From: a virus
Lineage: Duplodnaviria > Caudoviricetes
Virus record (IMG/VR): IMGVR_UViG_3300027265_000045
Span: 1 to 59,436 of that record
DNA length: 59,436 nt
Strand: one strand, 5' to 3'
Shown here piece after piece: positions 29,086 through 38,452 of this stretch. The notes beneath the pieces are model-generated. The model had not been told where the DNA came from. It saw only the letters and a list, made by a program, of their open reading frames with translations, and made no database searches. The position numbers and the translations under genes are program-made. The stretch's first letter is position 1. Each line of letters opens with the position of its first letter.

Positions 29086-29665
29086 TGTCAACATCAGTTA
29101 TATCCAGGTAATCTATATCCTCAATTTCGATATCGCCTTTGTATTTTTCGTAGAGTTTTTTAATTTCCTCTTCAGCATTTTCCATCGGGATGGCTCCCAG
29201 TACGCTGACATCGTTAGTAGGATCGATAGGGATAGGAACAATATCGTCCCAGGGGATTTGCTCTCCGTCGTCCTGATCGAGTTTATTGTATTTGGCCAGT
29301 TTGTCGATAGCCATAATGCGTTCCTTCATCAGATCGTCGCCGGCATTTTTGCATTGCTGTATAGCGAGTTTCAATTCTTCGGTAACAATATACCGTATCC
29401 ACTCCTTACCGGCTGCTTTTATGTTGGGAAGTATAATTTTAACGTTGGCAATATCGCGGTAAGCCTGTGATTGACTGATTCCATATTCGTTAATAAGCTG
29501 ATCGCGCAAAACACTATCGGAAAGGGAAGGAGTTTCGAGGCATTGTGTAAACGCGAAACGATATCGAACCACCTGCATTTGTTCGACTGGCGAAAGGTGA
29601 CTGATATCAACCTTATCGGCAAACATCACTTCCTGAAACTTGTCCAGGTTCGATTTTCTACTCAT
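29054..29665 (-). CDS. Putative terminase small subunit
   Basis: ISQSQAYRDI HTH; overlaps the terL start. Confidence 0.6.
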   Translation of the reverse strand: MSRKSNLDKFQEVMFADKVDISHLSPVEQMQVVRYRFAFTQCLETPSLSDSVLRDQLINEYGISQSQAYRDIANVKIILPNIKAAGKEWIRYIVTEELKLAIQQCKNAGDDLMKERIMAIDKLAKYNKLDQDDGEQIPWDDIVPIPIDPTNDVSVLGAIPMENAEEEIKKLYEKYKGDIEIEDIDYLDITDVDNDRNEEDILQ

Positions 29666-29921
29666 TATGCAATTGTTTGGTGATAAAGCCGTTTATAAGG
29701 GCTTCGGCTGCCGGTGATCCTTTTTTAGCAAACTCAACGGTTTGTTTGCGTACTTCCATAATGGTTTTCAGTTTGCCGCGATTATAGGCTCTGGAATGAT
29801 CGTTTTTGCCTTGCCGTATCTTGCGCCTGAGTACCTGCGAATCCATGCCCAGGAGCAGCGCAATCTGATCGATGGTGAGCAATAAGCTTGCATACTCTTC
29901 CAGTAGTTCTAGCTCTTCCAT
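29658..29921 (-). CDS. Small HTH protein in the packaging module
   Basis: TIDQIALLLGMD HTH; AKKGSPAA motif. Confidence 0.55.
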   Translation of the reverse strand: MEELELLEEYASLLLTIDQIALLLGMDSQVLRRKIRQGKNDHSRAYNRGKLKTIMEVRKQTVEFAKKGSPAAEALINGFITKQLHNE

Positions 29922-30376
29922 TGTACACTGTCGGTTTTCATGGTTTCGTACTGTTGCAGGAACTGTGGTATTAAAGCATGATCGCGGAAAATAATGCCTG
30001 ATTCGAACCGCAGGTTATTGGTTGCATTGTTGCTGATAACAGCCAGCATTTCGGTACCGGAGTTTTTTGCATAAATGGTTTTGCTGTGATTATTTGTGAG
30101 GTAAAGCTCAGCTACGTTGGAGGCTGCAAATTGCGTTACCCTGGCATTGCGCGATGCAATGGGGAAATCGAGAAACAATGTAATGCGGGAGATCCTGACA
30201 GAGTTGCGGATCAACCGCCTTACATATTGATCGGTAATAGCAAAAGAGCTGATAATTAATTCATCAGCCCTTTTCATTTCGTTTATAATGAAATCAAATA
30301 CATGGTGGCTTGCTACCTGGTTGCTCAGGAAGAAAGCGGTTTGAGGATCGGACCATGTGATTTGATTTGGGTTCAT
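29909..30376 (-). CDS. Phospholipase D-like (HxK) domain protein
   Basis: ISSFAI, NNHSK, ISNNATNN..FESG resemble a single PLD/nuclease domain. Confidence 0.55.
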   Translation of the reverse strand: MNPNQITWSDPQTAFFLSNQVASHHVFDFIINEMKRADELIISSFAITDQYVRRLIRNSVRISRITLFLDFPIASRNARVTQFAASNVAELYLTNNHSKTIYAKNSGTEMLAVISNNATNNLRFESGIIFRDHALIPQFLQQYETMKTDSVQWKS

Positions 30377-30398
30377 TGTTGGAATGATTGATATATAT

Positions 30399-30531
30399 CG
30401 TCCCTACGGGACTTTGATTCAGGGTGGTGTTTGGTTTTTCTACCAATATGTTGCCCCTACGGGGCAGTCCCGTTAGGGACGTAATATTGGTAGAAAGGAA
30501 TTGCATTTGTGGCTTAAGTCCCGTAGGGACG
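30399..30531. repeat. Nested palindromic REP/REPIN-like element
   Basis: Outer arms CGTCCCTACGGGACT / AGTCCCGTAGGGACG; inner arms TTTCTACCAATAT / ATATTGGTAGAAA; two central hairpins. Confidence 0.75.
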
Positions 30532-30573
30532 GTATGTGTATGTTATTTCATTGATTTGATTTTAGTTTCCGAT

Positions 30574-31407
30574 TCAAAGAATTTGTTTACACAATTCCGA
30601 AAACGTAGTGTTATGCTCTTTGTAATTGGTTTCGGTAAGTATGTTATTCCAGCGTTGAGAGAGGGGATTGCCGCCATACCAATGATAGCCTATTGCTTCA
30701 GGGCTGAACATCTGGATGGGAACAGGGTGCGAAAAGTTAAACTTAACCATTGACCAGTCGTATTCGTACAGAAGACCGGATGGCAGGTTTTGTATGTTCA
30801 TTTTTGGGTAGGCTATGCGGATTTTGTCGAGGATCTGCGCATCGGTACCTTGGCCGCGGAACATTTTATAAAGAAGCAATACGCCCATGGATTGATAATC
30901 GGACTGGTCGATATGCTTGGTTGCAAAATCAAAGATGTTTTTATAAAATGCATTGCCAACGGATGAAGCCATAAAGCCTATGGTAACGTTCCGTTTGTCC
31001 TGGTGGAATACGGCATCACACGCGGAAACTTTATTATAATAGGTTTCAATAGGCCGGAAGTACAGCACATCCATATCGGAATAAAAACCTCCGTTTTCGG
31101 CTAATTGGTAATAGCGGAAGATGTCGCTGTGGTGAATCTGCGATAAACCTGAGATATTACCAGGCAATACAGCTTTTTCAATCTTTATATTTAAGGCTTC
31201 GAGTTTCGGTAAGTAGTCGGTTCCTTTATAGGCAAAGAAATCCTGCTCCTCCCAGCCATTCCATAATTTTTTCGCATTGCCGTTGTCGGACAGGTACAAA
31301 GTAATTTCCCAGTCGGGATTAAATTTGCGGAACGAGTATAGTGTCATATATCGCATCCAAGACATTGAATTGCCATTCCAGTAAAAAAATATCCTCTTTG
31401 GTATCAT
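30574..31407 (-). CDS. Glycosyltransferase, GT32-like (DxD)
   Basis: MIPKRIFFYW, SDIFRY..L..GGFYSDMDV. Confidence 0.85.
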   Translation of the reverse strand: MIPKRIFFYWNGNSMSWMRYMTLYSFRKFNPDWEITLYLSDNGNAKKLWNGWEEQDFFAYKGTDYLPKLEALNIKIEKAVLPGNISGLSQIHHSDIFRYYQLAENGGFYSDMDVLYFRPIETYYNKVSACDAVFHQDKRNVTIGFMASSVGNAFYKNIFDFATKHIDQSDYQSMGVLLLYKMFRGQGTDAQILDKIRIAYPKMNIQNLPSGLLYEYDWSMVKFNFSHPVPIQMFSPEAIGYHWYGGNPLSQRWNNILTETNYKEHNTTFSELCKQIL

Positions 31408-32000
31408 AGCATAAATCTTTTAGCATTATTTTTCATTAATGGCAAATAGTTGCACACGTTTTTGTTTACGTCGGAAAACCCTCCATGCGACCACGTTTTA
31501 ATTGGTGAAACGATATAAGCTTTCAGGCTCAGGCTACATTGCCGGCGTAGCCACACATCGTATATTTCGAAATTGTTGCTCCACCATGTGTAGTTATCCA
31601 GTACAAATTTTCGTCCGGCTTCGGAATAATATATTGCGTTGGTTCCGTATGCGTGTTCGAGTTTATAAAGGTGCTCCGAGTATCTCCGGATCGGCTTCTC
31701 GATATTGGCACCCAGGTATAACACATGAAAATCTTCGGGGAGTTCATTTACAGCCTGTTCGAATACGGATCGTGCGCCCGGCTCAAAGAAAACGTCGTCC
31801 TCGAAAATAAGGTTGCTTCCCATTTCGAGGCACTCGAGGTGTGAGCGTGCATTGCCCATATACGGATCGGGCAGCATATGTGCGGAAAACCGGTTATAAT
31901 CAGTTATGCCAAACGCTTCCATCTGTTTGGTTACTGTTTGCCATCGGTCGGCCCGGTGATCGAGGTTTATGATCCTTGTGCTTAGCGGGTCCAATATCAT
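31404..32000 (-). CDS. Glycosyltransferase, GT25-like
   Basis: IINLDHRADRW, LIFEDDV, LPEDFHVLYLG. Confidence 0.8.
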   Translation of the reverse strand: MILDPLSTRIINLDHRADRWQTVTKQMEAFGITDYNRFSAHMLPDPYMGNARSHLECLEMGSNLIFEDDVFFEPGARSVFEQAVNELPEDFHVLYLGANIEKPIRRYSEHLYKLEHAYGTNAIYYSEAGRKFVLDNYTWWSNNFEIYDVWLRRQCSLSLKAYIVSPIKTWSHGGFSDVNKNVCNYLPLMKNNAKRFML

Positions 32001-32566
32001 TGCTCCAGGTATTTTGAAGTTGCTTTTATATTATAGTCTGCTTCGTTTTTCCATATATCGCTGTATCCGGGAGACTGAAAGGCAATCATCGGCGACATGA
32101 TGAAAATATTAAGCTTTGTATTTGCGATACGGTACAACCAATCGTCGTAAATATAAAATCCATCGGGATCAAAGTTATCGTAGCAGTATTTTGCGCCTTT
32201 ACGGCTGTATAAAACCGCGTGTGTGGTATGTGCGCCAACCGGTTTGCACAAGTGTTCGGAATATTTCGTTGCTAATTCATATAAAGTTCCGCCCAGGTAT
32301 AAAATATCCCAGTCGGGAGGCAGTTCGGATATGGCTTTATTGAGATCATTAATGGTGCCTTCAAAATAACAATCGTCCTCCAGCAGCAGGAACATATCAT
32401 CGGGCCTGTTTATGGCCTTATGCATTGAATGATTTACCCCGTGAAAGCATTTCATTTTAACCGCGTCGAAGCGTTTGAAATCGGTTATTCCAAACCGTGT
32501 AACTTCACGGGTAACCTTTTGCCATCTATCGGAACGGTGCCGTAGGTTTACGATTAGTGTTTTCAT
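31997..32566 (-). CDS. Glycosyltransferase, GT25-like (paralogue)
   Basis: IVNLRHRSDRW, LLLEDDC, LPPDWDILYLG, TTHAVLYS. Confidence 0.82.
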   Translation of the reverse strand: MKTLIVNLRHRSDRWQKVTREVTRFGITDFKRFDAVKMKCFHGVNHSMHKAINRPDDMFLLLEDDCYFEGTINDLNKAISELPPDWDILYLGGTLYELATKYSEHLCKPVGAHTTHAVLYSRKGAKYCYDNFDPDGFYIYDDWLYRIANTKLNIFIMSPMIAFQSPGYSDIWKNEADYNIKATSKYLEQ

Positions 32567-32604
32567 AATTGCTTAGTATGACGGTTACGAGAAGTTGAAG
32601 GCGC

Positions 32605-32627
32605 TTCGACTCCGCTCAGCGTGACAG
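32605..32627. repeat. REP-like element
   Basis: CTTCGACTCCGCTCAGCGTGACA, related to CTTCGGCTACGCTCAG at about 39562. Confidence 0.5.
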
Positions 32628-32630
32628 GAG

Positions 32631-34154
32631 TTACAAGTTGTTTAAAAATTCAGATTTGGGATTATATACCGGGCATTCGCGGCATGAATGTATTTTGCTG
32701 GCCTGCAGGAGGCGAAGCGATATCATTTCGGTAATTACTTCCTGCGGGATATTGTAGGTGTTAATCATGCCCGGGAACTTATTGGAAATACCAGAGTGAA
32801 CATAATCGAATGCCGGGCGGCCATATACCGTCATTACATCAAATCCATCGCTAACAGCCTCTTTTGAGCCCATAACTTCAAACTGGGCGGGGGTACGGTC
32901 GTGGTTCAGGTATTTCAGCAGATATTCCCTGCGCCAGATAGAAAATTGCGTATTAATTTTATAATCGGATCCGGGACCGTATTTATAAATATACCCGTTT
33001 TCGATGCGTTCAACAATTACTTCATCTCCGGTATGGAAGCCATGACCTTCGCCTAACTCAAAGCGGCCTATCCGTTTATCGCTTTCCATCATGTTTAAAG
33101 CTTTCTTCAGCATTTCGTGATCTATGGGGCTACGGAGCAGGAAATCCTCGAGGCCAAACAGTATATATTTTTCGTTAACTGATTTAAAATAATTATACAG
33201 GTTACGCGACCACTCTGTTAAGTTATACTGTTTATCGGCAATTGAAATGCAATCGTATTTGTACGACAGTTTCGGGAATACTGAATACCCCAATATTTTC
33301 ACACATTGTATTTCAGGTGCGTACCTTTCCAAAAGCCAGGCAAACTGAGGTAATATATGACTGGTACGGTCCGACGTAGATATATACAATTTAATAGTAG
33401 AACCGAAAGGTAAATTAGCATCAGGATTTTCGTTTTCGACCAGGCATGTATTAATTTTCCATTTAAAACCATTTATTACTTTAGTTTGAAACTGATCGGT
33501 ACGATTACATGATGCATGTATACTTTTACTGTCGTCGTGTTTGGTACTCATTCTCAGCCAGCCGGTTTTATGCTGATGAATCAATAATGGAATTTCACGT
33601 TTCTGACACTCGAGGCTGAAATAAATATCTGTCATATTGGTATGATGAAACCAATCTAACCCAGGTGTGAGTGTATCGCTATGCCATGCCATTACTCCTG
33701 TACCCAGCTCATGGACGAATGTAAGCTGATGGGTAGCCAGGTAACTGAATAATTGCTGTATATCCAAATAATATGAACGTGAAAGCCTGTGACTGTGAAA
33801 ATTGCGCCCGTGGTTGCTTACCACTGCTTTGCGGTTGGTTCGTTCGATGGTTGCTATCATTTGAGCCACATAATCGGGCGGATAAATGATTTTATCGTCA
33901 ACCGTGAATATGTAGCCTTTCTGGCCTTCGACCTTGTAAAATTTACCTACATCGCCAAGGTCGCCCATTTCGCGCTGGCTCATGTAAGTAGTAATTTTGG
34001 GATGGATAAGGAAGGATGGAACCTGCTCGAAATTATTGAGATAAATATGAAGCTGGTCGCATTGGGGCAATATGCTGTTTACCGTATCAAACAAAGCCAC
34101 CACGCGCGAGGGCATGGTGGCCATATGAAATGTAACCCATTCATTGTTGTTCAT
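32631..34154 (-). CDS. Two-domain glycosyltransferase (GT-A fold N-domain plus a second GT-like domain)
   Basis: SILPQCDQLHIYLN, GDVGKF, FTVDDKIIYPPDYV, GTGV; second domain LFGLEDFLL, QFSIWRREYL. Confidence 0.75.
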   Translation of the reverse strand: MNNNEWVTFHMATMPSRVVALFDTVNSILPQCDQLHIYLNNFEQVPSFLIHPKITTYMSQREMGDLGDVGKFYKVEGQKGYIFTVDDKIIYPPDYVAQMIATIERTNRKAVVSNHGRNFHSHRLSRSYYLDIQQLFSYLATHQLTFVHELGTGVMAWHSDTLTPGLDWFHHTNMTDIYFSLECQKREIPLLIHQHKTGWLRMSTKHDDSKSIHASCNRTDQFQTKVINGFKWKINTCLVENENPDANLPFGSTIKLYISTSDRTSHILPQFAWLLERYAPEIQCVKILGYSVFPKLSYKYDCISIADKQYNLTEWSRNLYNYFKSVNEKYILFGLEDFLLRSPIDHEMLKKALNMMESDKRIGRFELGEGHGFHTGDEVIVERIENGYIYKYGPGSDYKINTQFSIWRREYLLKYLNHDRTPAQFEVMGSKEAVSDGFDVMTVYGRPAFDYVHSGISNKFPGMINTYNIPQEVITEMISLRLLQASKIHSCRECPVYNPKSEFLNNL

Positions 34155-34174
34155 GGGACTATGATGTTAAATTA

Positions 34175-34972
34175 TTACCTGGTTTCGATAACCAGTCCGG
34201 ATGCTTCCGAAATAATACCTGATTGAAGTAAAGCGTTGAATGTTTCCTGTTTTACCGGGGCTTTCAGTGTGATAAGCACATCTACACGTTTTTTAATCTC
34301 AGCAATACGGGCTTCCTTTTTCTTTTCGGGAATGGTAGCCAGCGCATTCAAATTTTTAGTGATGTACGAACGGGCAGCATTGATATCGCGGCTGATATCG
34401 AGGGTTGTTTTTTCATCAGGAGCTGCAGGAGCTTTGGGACCTTCTTTTAAAAATGTATCAATAGCATTCCAGCCTTTGGCAATAATATCGTCGTTCTCAA
34501 TAACTTTTGCGCGTAATTCGCCGCGATCCTGATCGGTTACTGCCAGTTTCATTTTTTCGTGATAGGTACGCTGAAATTTGTAAGCCACGGAAATTTGCTC
34601 ATGAATAACCTGAAGGTTTTCAGGCAGGGTTTCGCGTTTTACCTTTTCGTACTTTTTCTCAATTTCACCAGGAAGGTCTGGTGTTTCGGTAGATTTACCT
34701 GATGGTTTACCCGCGGGAGGTATATCCTTACCAATATTAAGCTCACGTACCTGAATATCGGGTGAACCCGAAGCGGGAACCAGGTGAATACCAATAAGCT
34801 TTTTGAGCTGATAGGTTAAAAGCTTCAGGTCTTTTTTACGTTTGATAAGGCTTTGCAGCGAAACATTGCCCGAATAGCGTAAAAACAACTCGAACCCGGA
34901 ATTAAAGTCTCCTGGAGTGTTTTGCAACCAGTGGTTAATTTCTGATTTCTGTAGTTCTCTGTCAGTTGGCAT
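34175..34972 (-). CDS. Hypothetical phage protein
   Basis: Long charged ORF within the head operon. Confidence 0.65.
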   Translation of the reverse strand: MPTDRELQKSEINHWLQNTPGDFNSGFELFLRYSGNVSLQSLIKRKKDLKLLTYQLKKLIGIHLVPASGSPDIQVRELNIGKDIPPAGKPSGKSTETPDLPGEIEKKYEKVKRETLPENLQVIHEQISVAYKFQRTYHEKMKLAVTDQDRGELRAKVIENDDIIAKGWNAIDTFLKEGPKAPAAPDEKTTLDISRDINAARSYITKNLNALATIPEKKKEARIAEIKKRVDVLITLKAPVKQETFNALLQSGIISEASGLVIETR

Positions 34973-34988
34973 AATTTTTTATTATTAA

Positions 34989-35020
34989 GCCCCCGCCCGG
35001 GTGGTTACGGGCAAGGGGCA
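34989..35020 (-). terminator. GC-rich hairpin after the capsid/major tail genes
   Basis: GCCCC.GCCCG-loop-CGGGC..GGGGC followed by an AT run on the minus strand. Confidence 0.45.
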
Positions 35021-35035
35021 TGGGGTTGGGTTCAA

Positions 35036-35623
35036 CTAAGATGCGGTTGAGGTAAAAACACCGGTAGCGCAATCGAGTGTTCCATCGGGCAGATAAAGTA
35101 TACCTGCATATCCAGGTAAAGGAGTGGTACATGGGCTTTCGATATCGAAGCTTATACCCTTTTCGGAACCTGGTTTGTCGCCTGAGTCGCCCTTGATGGT
35201 GACCGTAACGTCATAGTCATCATCGCCAATCATAATGTATCGTTTCTCGCTTTCGTGAGGCAACGGAACGATCATGATGATATTGGAATTGATAGTCTGC
35301 TTTGCAACACTGCGTGCAGTTACACCAATATCGGGGAATGAAAACGAACCTTTATTGACGAACATTTTGTGATCTTTTTCGCCAATTGATTCCCAGGTAA
35401 TTTTACCCTTACCCTGTGTGGAGTACATGCGGAGGAAGGTTTTTCCGGCTTTCATCACAAAATCGCCTTCAACCACAACATTTTCGTCGGTAGTAGCAGG
35501 AGCTGATGCTATACGGGGGGTGGATTCAATCCAGCTCTTTGGAGCCCAGAAAACTTCCTTCTTAATACCGGATGGGTTGATGCTACCATCAGCCCACTGC
35601 AACGATTCGAATAATTCAGCCAC
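35036..35623 (-). CDS. Putative major tail protein
   Basis: 195 aa beta-rich protein coupled to the capsid gene. Confidence 0.5.
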   Translation of the reverse strand: MAELFESLQWADGSINPSGIKKEVFWAPKSWIESTPRIASAPATTDENVVVEGDFVMKAGKTFLRMYSTQGKGKITWESIGEKDHKMFVNKGSFSFPDIGVTARSVAKQTINSNIIMIVPLPHESEKRYIMIGDDDYDVTVTIKGDSGDKPGSEKGISFDIESPCTTPLPGYAGILYLPDGTLDCATGVFTSTAS

Positions 35624-36591
35624 TAGGAACCTCCTACTTCTGTAGCGAACTTAGCTACATTGATGTACGATTTATCGAGGTTGTCGAAACCAACACCGAA
35701 GTAGCTCATCATAAAGAACTGAACTGCTTTCGGGTTGTCGCATTCGCGGATTTTAACATCCTCTTTGTCCGATTCCTGGTCGAGACCGATAAGCATGTTA
35801 TCCTTGGTGGAGAAAATCATGTAATCCTGATCGTCCATGTTATACAGCGGAGCCAGTGTGCAGCGTCCGTTAGATCCTTCGAGTGTATTTTGCTCGAACT
35901 TGGTATTATAAGGAATACCGTTGTGATTGGTAACGTACCAATCGTCGTACATCTCGAGGATAGAAACCGGCAACATGAGGTTAACCTTCTGCTTTTTGAG
36001 CTGAGGATCAAGCGCACGCCATGCAAGTTTGAGCACGTCGCCAACGTTTTCGGCAGTGATGGCCGTTGCGGAAAGATCCTGGTAGTTTTTCAACGCCGCG
36101 GAAAGTGTTGTAGCTGCTACAGCGGTGGCAATCTGTGTGCTCCATCCATTGAACAGATCGGCGGTAGTGAGACCAGTAGCATCGCGAACAGCAGTAAACA
36201 GGTTGTTGTACAGTGATTCGCCTACTTTTTTAGCCATTTCTAAAGCAACGAGGCGGGTAATTTCGCGATCGGTAACTTTTTTGTTGGTGATTTCGGTATA
36301 CAGCGTACCGAGGATAGCGTTAGGGTCGAATTCCTTCACTACATCGCCCAGGAAGGTTTCCCATTCGTAAGGCAGGATGGTAGTTGCATCGGTCTGAGCG
36401 TTTTTATCGCTTTTGTACGGACGCAATTCGGCGTTGGTTGAGAGAGAGCCCCCGATGATCTTACCCTGGATGCCGGTACGGATACTGGCAAAAGGCAGAA
36501 TTTCGGCAAGCATGGCGACGGGCATGGTAAGTAATTCCTTGCGGTACTTGGTCCCACCGTCGATCAGTAATTGATGGATGTTGATTGCCAT
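35623..36591 (-). CDS. Major capsid protein
   Basis: 322 aa directly after the protease/scaffold gene; DLFNGW and FFMMSYFGVGF motifs. Confidence 0.75.
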   Translation of the reverse strand: MAINIHQLLIDGGTKYRKELLTMPVAMLAEILPFASIRTGIQGKIIGGSLSTNAELRPYKSDKNAQTDATTILPYEWETFLGDVVKEFDPNAILGTLYTEITNKKVTDREITRLVALEMAKKVGESLYNNLFTAVRDATGLTTADLFNGWSTQIATAVAATTLSAALKNYQDLSATAITAENVGDVLKLAWRALDPQLKKQKVNLMLPVSILEMYDDWYVTNHNGIPYNTKFEQNTLEGSNGRCTLAPLYNMDDQDYMIFSTKDNMLIGLDQESDKEDVKIRECDNPKAVQFFMMSYFGVGFDNLDKSYINVAKFATEVGGS

Positions 36592-36592
36592 T

Positions 36593-37966
36593 TTATTTGT
36601 GTGTTAAAGGGATGAGGTTGGTGAGACGGGTGTGAAAGTTGTCGGTTTCGGCATCGATGCCTGTACCGTCGTTTTCGATAATTACAGCAGCCGATTCAGC
36701 ACCGGCTTCTTTAGAGAGTTCGGTAATGCGAGCGTTGGCAGTTTGAAGTTGGCCTTCAAGATCTGCAATACGGGCAGTATTGGGGGCAGTGGCATCGAGC
36801 TGCGATTGCAGCGAAGCCCGGGAAGATTCGGCGGTGTTAAGCGCAGTTTCGGCAGTTTCGAGCGCGGTTTCAGCAGCTACAGCCTGTTCGGCGGTAAGCG
36901 TGATGGAACCATCGGTACTTTCGAAAGCCTCGACGTCGACGGCTTTGGCAAGCCGGGTGAGTTTTGGATTTGACATGGTTATTGAGGGTGGGTTAGGGAT
37001 GGCGGTAGGATACTCTGATGTTGAGGCGTTGAGTTGTTGGAATGTTGAGTTGTTGGCCTGTTCAGAGGATGAGTTGTTGGGCTCGTTATGCTGAGTGTCA
37101 TTGGACTGCAGGTCGGCAAGTTCGGCTACGCGCTGAAGGGCCTGATGAAAAGTGCCGATGGTATCGACCAGGGAGCCAACAACATCCTGAGCATAGAAAA
37201 TTTTTCCGGTTAACTGATCGTCAGTTACTCCCGGGCGGTTTAATTTTACAACATCAATAAATTTGGCGGCAATAGGTTTGAGAACCTTCTCTTTGTATTC
37301 GGCATAATCGCCTTTACGAAGCTTTTCCCACATGGCAGTTTTATCGATCGACTGCGGAGCTGTGATCATGTGGTATTTAACTCCCAGCTTTTCCATGGCC
37401 GGCTGAATATCCATAAATGACATCAGTACTCCGATGGATCCAAACTGGGCGGTTGTATTGTTGGCCCAAATTTCGTCGGCATGGCTGGCCAGCCAGTAAC
37501 CGGCCGAAGCAATAAGATCTTCGCCGAAAGCAATAATAGGTTTTTTGGTACCTTTTATTATAGCAGCTAATTCCTCGGTACCTGAAACGGTTCCGCCAGG
37601 CGAATCGATAAGAAGTAAAATTCCATCAACTGCGGGATTGCGATCGGCATCCTGAATCCATTGTCCCATGGTTTTCATTCCGGCAGGTCCGCAGAACTGA
37701 TTATTTTTCATCAGCGGTCCGCTGATGGTAATAACCTGGATTTGTTTACCGGTTGATACACCAGACTCGGAATCTGCCGAAGCAGATTCCTCGTCGTCGG
37801 ATGAAAACGCAACAGCATGGAGAGAAGGAAGAGTAGGAGTGCCAGGCTCGAAGGAAATCTTATTTTCGAAAATATCGAGAACAAGCTGGGAATGGGCTAA
37901 AGCCGATTCCTCAGAAATTGCCCAGGGCTCGGTTAAAATAGCAGATATTAAGTGTGGGTGTACCAT
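36593..37966 (-). CDS. S49 (SppA-like) prohead protease with C-terminal scaffold
   Basis: LLIDSPGGTV, IASAGYWLASHAD, GSIGV; coiled-coil tail after the internal Met at 36976. Confidence 0.88.
   Translation of the reverse strand: MVHPHLISAILTEPWAISEESALAHSQLVLDIFENKISFEPGTPTLPSLHAVAFSSDDEESASADSESGVSTGKQIQVITISGPLMKNNQFCGPAGMKTMGQWIQDADRNPAVDGILLLIDSPGGTVSGTEELAAIIKGTKKPIIAFGEDLIASAGYWLASHADEIWANNTTAQFGSIGVLMSFMDIQPAMEKLGVKYHMITAPQSIDKTAMWEKLRKGDYAEYKEKVLKPIAAKFIDVVKLNRPGVTDDQLTGKIFYAQDVVGSLVDTIGTFHQALQRVAELADLQSNDTQHNEPNNSSSEQANNSTFQQLNASTSEYPTAIPNPPSITMSNPKLTRLAKAVDVEAFESTDGSITLTAEQAVAAETALETAETALNTAESSRASLQSQLDATAPNTARIADLEGQLQTANARITELSKEAGAESAAVIIENDGTGIDAETDNFHTRLTNLIPLTHK
37020..37083. 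repeat. Degenerate octamer tandem repeat (8 units) in the protease-scaffold linker
   Basis: gttgaggc gttgagtt gttggaat gttgagtt gttggcct gttcagag gatgagtt gttgggct. Confidence 0.6.
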
Positions 37967-37982
37967 TGCGTAAATTATTACA

Positions 37983-38018
37983 CAATGTTACTCCGGCACC
38001 GCTAATTGCTAAAGGACG
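37983..38018 (-). promoter_or_regulatory. Putative late promoter (head operon)
   Basis: CGTCCTTT-N20-TAACATTG. Confidence 0.65.
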
Positions 38019-38382
38019 ACATTTGTGAAGGTGAGGTTGAAAGTCGTGTGATCTTAATGTCCCAACCATAGGCAACGCCCGGTGTTGGTCCAATTTTTTT
38101 AACGGCTACAAAAGTTGCCGGTTCCGTGTCGGATCCAACCTCATGGTAATAGCCGGAAGTGTCGAGAACACGAAAAATTGCCTTACGCAGATTAAGTTCG
38201 TCGACCAAAGTGTTTTTTGTGTCGTCGATTACCGGAATGTATGCGCTTATCTCGGCCAGGTGAATAATACCAGCGCGGGTTTCCTGTGGCGTTTCCTGGA
38301 AGAAACCTGAATTTTGCCGAAAAGGGATACTAACATAAGTTCCGGCTTCGGTTAACTTGTACTCGAGGGTTTTGATTATCAT
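38002..38382 (-). CDS. Hypothetical phage protein
   Basis: ORF preceding the head operon. Confidence 0.6.
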   Translation of the reverse strand: MIIKTLEYKLTEAGTYVSIPFRQNSGFFQETPQETRAGIIHLAEISAYIPVIDDTKNTLVDELNLRKAIFRVLDTSGYYHEVGSDTEPATFVAVKKIGPTPGVAYGWDIKITRLSTSPSQMSSFSN

Positions 38383-38452
38383 GGTTGCAACTTTTAATTT
38401 TTTACTATAAATTGTCCCATATCAGAGGACAATTTGTAGATTTTTTTTTCAA

